NCBI GenBank assembly: GCA_001793235.1
Contig: MGHM01000016.1
Location: 746-64,745 of the forward strand
Direction of reading: 5' to 3'
Length of the DNA stretch: 64,000 nt
DNA from: Candidatus Woesebacteria bacterium RIFCSPLOWO2_01_FULL_44_24b
GTDB lineage: Bacteria > Patescibacteriota > Microgenomatia > UBA8517
Shown here: positions 56,640 to 64,000 of the stretch, piece after piece
Layout of the letters: each line of letters opens with the position of its first letter
How positions within the stretch are numbered: the first letter of the stretch is position 1
The notes under the pieces: generated by a model
Seen by the model: only the letters and a program-made list of their open reading frames with translations
What the model was told of the DNA's origin: nothing
Databases searched by the model: none
Program-made: the position numbers and the translations under genes

Positions 56640-58694
56640 CTAGAATTCTAAGCTTGATGTTTCCTCCCAAGTCAGTTCGTTAAGTACGACAATTTTGCTG
56701 TCCCCGACAACATACAAGAAGTCATTAATGTAAAGTGCGCGGCGGGCCGATATGCCAGTTACTACTCGCTCCAGGGTTAACCCATTGGTCCAGCTCAGGA
56801 TGTAGCCATTAGCACCGGCGGGCATGAAAAACACGCCGTGGTCGGGGTCTGCCAGAAACGCGTGATGGTTATTTTGGACCTCTGAGTAATATTCATTGAG
56901 CATGTATTTGTCTACTTCCACAGGATTATCCGGGTTTGAGACATCAAAAACGGAAAGCTTAGACTGGCTTCCTGCCTGCGCAGGCAGGCCCTCCTGGCCC
57001 ACGCCCAGGATTCTGTTTTCAGAAAGCGGATGCAGGTAACTTGAAAAGCCCGGGATTTTGAGCTCTCCGGCAACTCTTGGGCTTGAGGGATTCGATAAAT
57101 CAATTACAAAAAATGGATCAATTTGCTTAAATGTAACGAGGTACGCTTTATCTTCTATAAACCTCGCGGAATATATCCGCTCCCCCAAGGCAAGCCCTTG
57201 AATTTGGCCAATTACACGTAGATTAGCATCAAGAACGTAAAGATCGTTGGCGCTTTCTCCCTGGCCAAACATGGTGGAGGCTGAAAGCGTGGTTGTGACT
57301 CTTAAGTTTCCGCTCCATTCATCCAATGAAAACTGGTTTAAGGGGCTCCCGGGAACTTCGCCCGTAGCTGAAACATCAAGTGAGTTTTTATCAATTTTCA
57401 CGAGCGAAGTTACTTGCAGCTCTCGGCCGTGGGACTTTATGTAATCGCTCATTTTGTTGGTAAATTCGGACTCTACCCGAGCCCGCTCATCATTGGTGAG
57501 ACCGGACAAATGCTTTTGAATAATTATGCCGAGCTCATTAATTTTTGATTCATTACTTATGTCAATTGCGCGGAGATTTTCAACTTTGTTTGCGACCTCG
57601 TCGCTAAATAGATCGCGGTTTTCGGCTAGGAAATTTGCCAAAAACTCAAGCGGCGACGGGTAGCTTACAAAACTTGCATAAATTGCATTGGGGCTCATGT
57701 AAATAACACTACCACCGGCGTCCCCGAGGAATGTGACCGAGTCCTCAACGCTCCCGCTTTTGGGATCCAGTTTTACAACAGAATAAACAGTATTGGACGA
57801 GATGGGTCGCATTGGTCTGTAAATGTCCGTACAGGGAATGGTCATTGCGTTTACTCCTTTTAGCAAGGGAACCGGGCACGGCAGTGAATAGTCAGCGTAA
57901 CGGCTTGTTACCAAGTAAACTTTCCCGCCCGTGAGCCTGGCCGTGGCATAGCTGAAGTTTTCATCAAATTCGTGGCTCCAGATTTCTTTAGGGCTTGCGG
58001 GGTTTGCGACGTCAAACGCCGTCACTTTATTGTATGTCATAACCATGAGAACATTTTCAGACAGGAGCAAGTCTCCCGTTGTGTCAATTTTAGACGAGAG
58101 TGCAATACTTTCCGGTGGAAAGGCATTAATTACTTTGGTTGTCGACAAATTTTGCGGAGGATAAATGTCGGGTGCAATTCGCGCACTTGAGTCCTCCATT
58201 ATGAATGGCTCCACAGGCATTGGTCTTCCAACTCCACCGCCGGCCAAATAATAATTTTCAGAGGAAAAGAAAATATTTTTCCCGTCGGTTTTGACAATAT
58301 CCGGCTCATCCAAGCCTATGACTTGTACGTTGGTTTCAGACACCCGTTTAACATTATTTGCCCCCGTGCTTTCAAGAGAACTGAAAGCACTTGGTGCCGA
58401 TAGCGGCATTCCTACCATGTCACGAGAAAGCCCCGCTGAGAAACCTCCGAGTGAAGTGAGACCCGCGCTTTGTGCCTCTGTGAGGTAGTCGCGCAATTGA
58501 CTTTCTGAACTGAATTTTTCAAAACCTGCAGTTGAGGGACTGGTGAATAAATTAGCTCCCTGTTTATTCAAAAATAAGACGCCAAAAACACCAAGAATAA
58601 TAAAAACAACTGCAGAGATCGCCGTAAAAATCAAGGGTGCTTTTATTGGATGCAATTTAGGGCTTGTTGGCACTTGGGGTGCTGCATCGTCCAT
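56640..58694 (-). CDS. Secreted beta-propeller domain protein
   Basis: SETNVQV.G.DEPDIVKTDG, LNQFS.DE, GERIYSARF, FKQIDP, GELKIPGFSSYLHP. Confidence 0.9.
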   Translation of the reverse strand: MDDAAPQVPTSPKLHPIKAPLIFTAISAVVFIILGVFGVLFLNKQGANLFTSPSTAGFEKFSSESQLRDYLTEAQSAGLTSLGGFSAGLSRDMVGMPLSAPSAFSSLESTGANNVKRVSETNVQVIGLDEPDIVKTDGKNIFFSSENYYLAGGGVGRPMPVEPFIMEDSSARIAPDIYPPQNLSTTKVINAFPPESIALSSKIDTTGDLLLSENVLMVMTYNKVTAFDVANPASPKEIWSHEFDENFSYATARLTGGKVYLVTSRYADYSLPCPVPLLKGVNAMTIPCTDIYRPMRPISSNTVYSVVKLDPKSGSVEDSVTFLGDAGGSVIYMSPNAIYASFVSYPSPLEFLANFLAENRDLFSDEVANKVENLRAIDISNESKINELGIIIQKHLSGLTNDERARVESEFTNKMSDYIKSHGRELQVTSLVKIDKNSLDVSATGEVPGSPLNQFSLDEWSGNLRVTTTLSASTMFGQGESANDLYVLDANLRVIGQIQGLALGERIYSARFIEDKAYLVTFKQIDPFFVIDLSNPSSPRVAGELKIPGFSSYLHPLSENRILGVGQEGLPAQAGSQSKLSVFDVSNPDNPVEVDKYMLNEYYSEVQNNHHAFLADPDHGVFFMPAGANGYILSWTNGLTLERVVTGISARRALYINDFLYVVGDSKIVVLNELTWEETSSLEF
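56971..56988. repeat. Perfect 18-bp palindromic CCTG+hairpin element, in frame in the CDS
   Basis: CCTGCCTGCGCAGGCAGG, read as (G)LPAQAG. Confidence 0.8.
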
Positions 58695-58706
58695 ACTTAA
58701 GTTATA

Positions 58707-60038
58707 CTAAATTTCGACCGTTTCTTCAAGATGCGGTAGAAAGACTTCACCCCTGCTGAATTTTTTAATTTCCCGTCTGAGAGCCTCGCGTGACGTGTTC
58801 TCCCCGTGGACCAGAAATATTTTATTGACTCCTTCAATTTCTTTGAGCCACCTGAGGAGAAGCTTTTTGTCCGCGTGTGCACTCATTGAGTGAATCATGA
58901 TAACTTGAGAGTTGACGGCAACTTCCTGGCCGTAAATTGCGACGCTTTTTGCGCCTTCCTCTATTTGGCGCCCGATGGTGTTTTCTGCCTGGAAGCCCAC
59001 AATAAGAAGGCTTGTGGTTGAAAGTGGCAAATAGTGAATTGCATGCTCGAGAATCCTTCCTCCGGTCATCATCCCGCTTCCGGCAATTATGACTTTGGCG
59101 CCTGCCTCGGTGTGAATTTTCTGACTTTCTTTATAATTGGCAACAATTCTAAGATCGGGAAATGAAAAAGGATCATGGCTTTTTGAGTCAGAAAAGAGCT
59201 CGGCATTGTATAAGCTTGGGAATTTTTTGTAGATTTCGGTGACTGCTTCGCCCATTGGACTGTCTAGGTAAACCGGTATCTCATGACTAATTTTTCCATC
59301 AGCTTTGAAGTGCGCAATTTTGTGAAGCAAGGCCTGTGTGCGCTCCACAGAAAACGAGGGAATCAAAAGCGCGCCTCCTGTGCCCTCAATTTTTTTTATT
59401 TCACCAATTATAACTTCGTTCGGGTCTTCGTCTGGATGATTCCGGTCGCCATAAGTGGACTCCATAATAACCGTGTCAGCCAGTTTGATATATTCGGTTG
59501 GTTTTACCAGCTCCTCCGGAGAGTTTCCTAAGTCTCCACTAAAAGCGAGTGTGTGCTCCCCTAAGTGTATTTCAATACTGGCTGAGCCTAAAATATGCCC
59601 GGCATCTCGGAATAATGCCGTGAACCCCCCCAGATTAATTTCCTCGCCATATGAAACTATTTTGGTGTGGGCGAGGAGACTAAACACGTCCTCCTCAGTG
59701 TATAAAATCGGTTTTTCATGCTCGGTTTGCATTATTTTAGCTGCGTCGAGAAGCGCTACTTCGGCAATTTCGCGAGTGGCGGCAGTCATGTAAACACTTC
59801 CGGCAAAGCCGTGCTTCATAAGGATAGGCATCCGGCCTACATGATCAAGGTGTGCATGAGTTAAAAATACTGTATTAATTTCGTTAGCTGCAAAAGTCAA
59901 TGGCTTCTGGTTTAGCTCTTCCAGCTCCCGGCTCCCCTGAAACATGCCCATGTCAATTAAAATTTTTTGATTATTGTTGGTAAGGAGAAACGAAGAACCG
60001 GTGACTGTCCCAGCTGCACCTAGAAATTGTATTTGCAT
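58707..60038 (-). CDS. MBL-fold beta-CASP ribonuclease
   Basis: GAAGTVTGS, THAHLDH, AGHILGSA, FSGDLG, ESTYG, SAHAD, VHGE. Confidence 0.93.
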   Translation of the reverse strand: MQIQFLGAAGTVTGSSFLLTNNNQKILIDMGMFQGSRELEELNQKPLTFAANEINTVFLTHAHLDHVGRMPILMKHGFAGSVYMTAATREIAEVALLDAAKIMQTEHEKPILYTEEDVFSLLAHTKIVSYGEEINLGGFTALFRDAGHILGSASIEIHLGEHTLAFSGDLGNSPEELVKPTEYIKLADTVIMESTYGDRNHPDEDPNEVIIGEIKKIEGTGGALLIPSFSVERTQALLHKIAHFKADGKISHEIPVYLDSPMGEAVTEIYKKFPSLYNAELFSDSKSHDPFSFPDLRIVANYKESQKIHTEAGAKVIIAGSGMMTGGRILEHAIHYLPLSTTSLLIVGFQAENTIGRQIEEGAKSVAIYGQEVAVNSQVIMIHSMSAHADKKLLLRWLKEIEGVNKIFLVHGENTSREALRREIKKFSRGEVFLPHLEETVEI

Positions 60039-60089
60039 AAACTATGCCAGTGTAGCATAGGCATAGCTTGTGACAAACGTTGTTTATCA

Positions 60090-61169
60090 TTAAATTCCAC
60101 TTTGAAAAACCCGCTCGTGGGCCCGTTCCATTTGATACATGGCCACGATAAATAAACTTTCGCTCCAGCCTAAAGGCGTGTTTTCGTTGTATTTTGGTGA
60201 GTTTGAAAAATAAAGCTCGGGAAGCCCGTCCGGCGTGTCTACCCCAATTAAATCTTCGATAAGTTCGTGTGCTTTATTGTGATTGCCAAGCTCTTTATAA
60301 ATAATGGCCAGCCATGCTAGGCCGAAAGTCCACTCGGCTTCCTCGGAGACGCCGTCCGGATTTTTGTTGTAGTAATGATCCCCCTTGTAGCGAATGACTC
60401 CACGGTCTCGTTTCAGGTGATACTCAACGTTGCCCAAAATTTCGTCTCTTTGCTCCTCATTGACTACTGCATATGGCCATATTAAAGAAAGAAGTGAGAG
60501 GTCGACAAATTTGTGCTCGCTCTCGCGGGGCAAAAGCGCATTGAGACTTCTCTGTCCCCGGCGAACGAGCTGATATGGCACTTCCACCCAAGGCAGACGC
60601 ATAACCGAGCGAAGCCCGGCAACACATGCTCCAACTGAGCTGGCGTGGAGTTCCTCGTCTTCCTCCCACATACCGGAGTCCGGGTCATGCCAATATTCAA
60701 TTGACTCCAAATATTTAACAAGTTTGTTAATAATGCGTTCGTGCTCATGTGTCTTGATTATGGCTCGTTTATGGCGAATTTCCAGCTCGCCCAAACGAAA
60801 GAGTATACATCCCACTGCGTCATTTTGCTTGTTGCCCCACTCTTCCCAAAACTCACCAAAAGTATCTGGGTGGAAGCGCGCGTGAATGTATTCATAGCTG
60901 TGGGTGGGTTTGTGTTTTATGGCTGTGTCAATCTTTGCCTCGTGTTTTAAAAAGATGGCTAAAATTGATCTGTAGGTGCGCTCCACGGTGTCCCAGTCGC
61001 CTATTACTTCAAATGCTAGGGTTTCATAAAAATTATCTCTGAGCCAGCTTTTGTCATAACCCGTGGAGACATCTGCTTTTGAGGCTAAGAACAGGCCCCT
61101 TTCAGTCTGAAGGGATTTGAGAATTTGCAAGTGTTTGGCAATGAGCTCCTCGTAAAAAACTCTGGGCAT
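60090..61169 (-). CDS. GH15/phosphorylase-kinase-like (alpha/alpha)6 glycoside hydrolase
   Basis: Y..SWLRD, QND, D.GMWEE, G.IRY.GD.Y, PELY, PLGWS. Confidence 0.85.
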   Translation of the reverse strand: MPRVFYEELIAKHLQILKSLQTERGLFLASKADVSTGYDKSWLRDNFYETLAFEVIGDWDTVERTYRSILAIFLKHEAKIDTAIKHKPTHSYEYIHARFHPDTFGEFWEEWGNKQNDAVGCILFRLGELEIRHKRAIIKTHEHERIINKLVKYLESIEYWHDPDSGMWEEDEELHASSVGACVAGLRSVMRLPWVEVPYQLVRRGQRSLNALLPRESEHKFVDLSLLSLIWPYAVVNEEQRDEILGNVEYHLKRDRGVIRYKGDHYYNKNPDGVSEEAEWTFGLAWLAIIYKELGNHNKAHELIEDLIGVDTPDGLPELYFSNSPKYNENTPLGWSESLFIVAMYQMERAHERVFQSGI

Positions 61170-61191
61170 TACTTTAGATTAGCACGAAAAA

Positions 61192-61856
61192 CTAGTTTAG
61201 TGCCAAGCTGGCAAAAGCTTTCTGGGAGCAGACCGGCCAGGCTCCATAACCATCCCGACCCATTTTAAAGGCCGCTGTTTTTATGGCCTCTTCGAGGTTA
61301 TACATCAAAGCCGGGTCATCGTCCAAGCCCATTTCCCGCCTGTTTGATTGCCAGGTGGAAGTTACGAACTGATATATGCCCTTATAAGCACCCGACGGGC
61401 TTGTGGCGTTGGCCTGAAAGCCGCTTTCACAACGCGCAATTGCAATCATGACGTTGGCATTGGCACCGTACTCGGCCGCATATTTTTGGATTAAACCAAC
61501 AACATCCTGGCTGGCTTGAGCAGATTTTACCTCAACTACCGGTGGGAGGGTGTTATTGATTGTGTCTATAAATATTTCTTCCTTTTTGACCTCAGTTTGG
61601 CTTGCCACTCTTGGCTTTCTAGCCTCAACAGCTGAGGCAAGCTTTACAGGCTCACTGGACTTAGCTTGGGTTTGGTATGAAAAAAGCTCTTTTGAGCTCG
61701 GGTCGGTAACTCTAGTGGAAATCTGAACTTGATTTGACCCGCCCGCCGGCGAGGCAGGGGCTAAACCGAGCTCGGTTTTTTGCACAAGAAGTGAGGCTGT
61801 TGAAACTAATAAAACAGCCAAAAGAACCGGGACTGTGATGAACTTTTGTAACATAT
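61192..61856 (-). CDS. Exported lytic transglycosylase-like protein
   Basis: IARCESGF, G.YQF...TW, AWPVC. Confidence 0.82.
61738..61758 (-). repeat. CCTG+hairpin element (21 bp), in frame in the CDS
   Basis: CCTG-CCTCGCC-GGCG-GGCGGG, encoding PASPAGG. Confidence 0.6.
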
Positions 61857-61904
61857 TTTCCCGCAAATGCGGGATAATTAAGTTATCGGAAGTAGTATAC
61901 TAAG

Positions 61905-62687
61905 TTATTGGGAAATTGCAAGTTTTTCGCCTCTTAGAAACTCCAATATGCCCTCTGAAATTGCCCGGGCCGGGATCTCGGGAGTGTTTATCAAAAGCTT
62001 TTGATCGCCTCTGTTTGTGAGAAAGCCCGTTTCGGCGATAACCGACGTGGTCATGGGGTGAACAGAGTGCTCGTATCGCCACCACGAGAATGCATAGTAG
62101 CCGCGCATATTGCGGCTGATGTTTTCGTCTTTAGCGAGCCCCGTCGCCTCTTCATAGTGCTTTTCCAATATTGAAACTAAATCTGCTGATTTTTTGGAAT
62201 AATCCCGCCAGGGTCCCGCGAATTTATAACCTGATTTCCCGCGGTCTTCGCTGCCATCGGCGTGGATTGATATAAACACATCTGCCCAATATTTCGGTGG
62301 TATGGTCGTGGGTAACATATCAACTATGATATTCTCCTCTCTTAGTTTTTGCGCGATTGCCGTGGCAATCGCGAAGTTAACCTCCCACTCCCACTTTCCT
62401 CCACCCTCGGCACCGGAGTTGTTTTTGAGGCGTTCAAGTTCCTCAGGGACTTCGTCGTTTTTGTAGTGACCAATTTGAATGCCGACACTGGCCGGGCCAT
62501 CAGGCCGTGTCCAGTTATTAATAATTGAAAAAGGGTCTGTGGCAGGGACTTCCGATTCACCTTCCCCATAAGGGGGAGCTCCACTGGTTCCGTTTATATT
62601 GCCGTTATTGGTGCTTTTTAGACTGAAGATTAGAGCGCTAAAAATAATTAAAGTAACCAGGGCAAGTTTTTTCAACACAACACTCAA
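61905..62687 (-). CDS. N-acetylmuramoyl-L-alanine amidase (Amidase_3)
   Basis: QIGH, E.EVN, FISIHADG, ETGFLTN..D. Confidence 0.88.
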   Translation of the reverse strand: MSVVLKKLALVTLIIFSALIFSLKSTNNGNINGTSGAPPYGEGESEVPATDPFSIINNWTRPDGPASVGIQIGHYKNDEVPEELERLKNNSGAEGGGKWEWEVNFAIATAIAQKLREENIIVDMLPTTIPPKYWADVFISIHADGSEDRGKSGYKFAGPWRDYSKKSADLVSILEKHYEEATGLAKDENISRNMRGYYAFSWWRYEHSVHPMTTSVIAETGFLTNRGDQKLLINTPEIPARAISEGILEFLRGEKLAISQ

Positions 62688-62694
62688 TTATACA

Positions 62695-63345
62695 TTAGCA
62701 GCCAAGGGCTTGGCGGCATTGAGTGGAGGCGTCGCCGGGAAGGCTATCGCAGGCCCCGCATTGAATGGCTCTTGTGTCTGAATCCCCCTCAGTTGTGTCA
62801 CCTTCGATCACATTCCCTGCTCCCTGCACCATCGCTCCAAAGTCATTAAATTCTATATTAGGCAAATCAAATACGGAATTATCCACTGCCCATGGGCTGC
62901 ATTCAAAGTCCATTGATTGATCAAGGTCTACGGACTTTTGTCCGTCTTCTCCAAAATCAGTGAACTTTTCTATATCTGCCAGGGAAACTTTAAATCCGTC
63001 TGGCGCTTCGTCAAACCACATGTAAATATTTGCACTATCCGAAACCATGTGTGTACCGGTTTCTATTTCCGATACACTGGTAAAGTCGCCTCTCATTTTG
63101 CCGCCACCTACGTAAATTGTACCAGAGCTATCGTCTTCATCAGAAAAAGTACACATCTGGTTCGCGGTCACTTGCATGAGTTCTCGCAAAGAAGCGGGAG
63201 TATTCTCTTGGGTAAGCTCATCTATCATAGCCCCGGACGGGCTTGGAGGACTTGAGGTTTCCGGCCTATTCATCAGTGCGTAGCCGACCGCTGCCAAAGC
63301 AACTATAATAACTGCAGCCAGCCCGAGAAGAACTCCTTTGTTCAT
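62695..63345 (-). CDS. Membrane-anchored hypothetical protein
   Basis: TM, G.IY..GKMRGDF, Cys-rich C-terminus. Confidence 0.7.
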   Translation of the reverse strand: MNKGVLLGLAAVIIVALAAVGYALMNRPETSSPPSPSGAMIDELTQENTPASLRELMQVTANQMCTFSDEDDSSGTIYVGGGKMRGDFTSVSEIETGTHMVSDSANIYMWFDEAPDGFKVSLADIEKFTDFGEDGQKSVDLDQSMDFECSPWAVDNSVFDLPNIEFNDFGAMVQGAGNVIEGDTTEGDSDTRAIQCGACDSLPGDASTQCRQALGC

Positions 63346-63373
63346 GGGTTTTATGCTACCATGAAGGAGCCCC

Positions 63374-64000
63374 ATGGACAAGAGCAAAAAAAAGATAAAT
63401 CTGCCTTCGTACAAAATACCTAAAAAACCACTCACGATTGACGAGATTCATGCTGAGAGTTGCAAGCTCCCCGAGCCCGACGGGCGGCTTAACAGAATTA
63501 ATGAGGAGTTTCGCCGTGGCTTGGCATTTGTGAAACAGTATCCCCGCTCGGTCACTTTTTACGGCTCGGCTAGATTTCCCGAGGACCACCCGCTTTATAA
63601 AAAGGCCAGAGAGTTGGCCTATAGGATCTCAAAGGAGCTCGGGTATGCAATAATCACCGGCGGCGGCCCGGGTATTATGGAGGCGGCGAATCGCGGGGCG
63701 TTCGAGGCGGAAGGAGTATCCTTGGGGCTTAATATTGAGCTTCCGAGTGAGCAGAGGACAAACCCGTATGTTAAAGACTCTGTGGAATTTTATTATTTCT
63801 TTTCAAGAAAAGTAGCGTTGAGTTTTTCGGCTAACGCATATGTTTTCTTCCCCGGAGGTTACGGGACAATAGATGAGTTCTCGGAAATTTTAGAATTGGT
63901 TCAAACCAAAAAAATACCGGAAGTACCGATTATGTTGGTTGGTTCTGAGTTTTGGAGGCCACTTGATATGTATTATAAAAATACTCTTTATCAGGAATAT
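63374..64000 (+). CDS. LOG-family (Rossmann-fold nucleotide-binding) protein, 3'-truncated by window edge
   Basis: Own translation: VTFYGSAR, TGGGPGIMEAANRGA, GLNIELP.EQ..NPY, FF.RK, PGGYGTIDE. Confidence 0.92.
   Translation, partial: MDKSKKKINLPSYKIPKKPLTIDEIHAESCKLPEPDGRLNRINEEFRRGLAFVKQYPRSVTFYGSARFPEDHPLYKKARELAYRISKELGYAIITGGGPGIMEAANRGAFEAEGVSLGLNIELPSEQRTNPYVKDSVEFYYFFSRKVALSFSANAYVFFPGGYGTIDEFSEILELVQTKKIPEVPIMLVGSEFWRPLDMYYKNTLYQEY

Overview
This 64 kb window looks like chromosomal DNA from a small-genome bacterium, most consistent with Patescibacteria/CPR, probably Microgenomates-like. That assignment is inferred from gene content, type IV pili, scarce Shine-Dalgarno signals and the EF-P/RF1 variants. 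Genetic code 11 fits, since TGA is used as a stop. Housekeeping genes include metK (behind a SAM-I riboswitch), ychF-rpsF-ssb-rpsR, ctpA/htrA, rpmE-prfA, dnaB, tRNA-Leu(CAA), efp, yebC and gyrA, and there is a type IV pilus operon. Highlights: (1) A signalling operon in which three kinase-less sensors (FNR-PAS, PAS, CHASE-PAS) all end in the same 'ELE(K/R)xNxxMxGRExxMxxLK' helix. They are followed by one histidine kinase with a distinct 'TKLAMINLLEDL' helix and two stand-alone receivers, suggesting a plug-in, docking-helix split kinase. (2) A Xer tyrosine recombinase interrupted inside its catalytic HxxRH motif by a 419-aa LAGLIDADG intein, with an 11-6-11 dif-like site upstream and a nearby switch in gene orientation. 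(3) A family of tiny CCTG+hairpin, REP-like elements, two inserted in frame in proteins and one in a tRNA remnant. (4) A candidate ~45-nt antisense RNA against a NYN ribonuclease gene. (5) An attenuator-like leader in front of an unknown gene. All calls were made by eye; no database searches were run.
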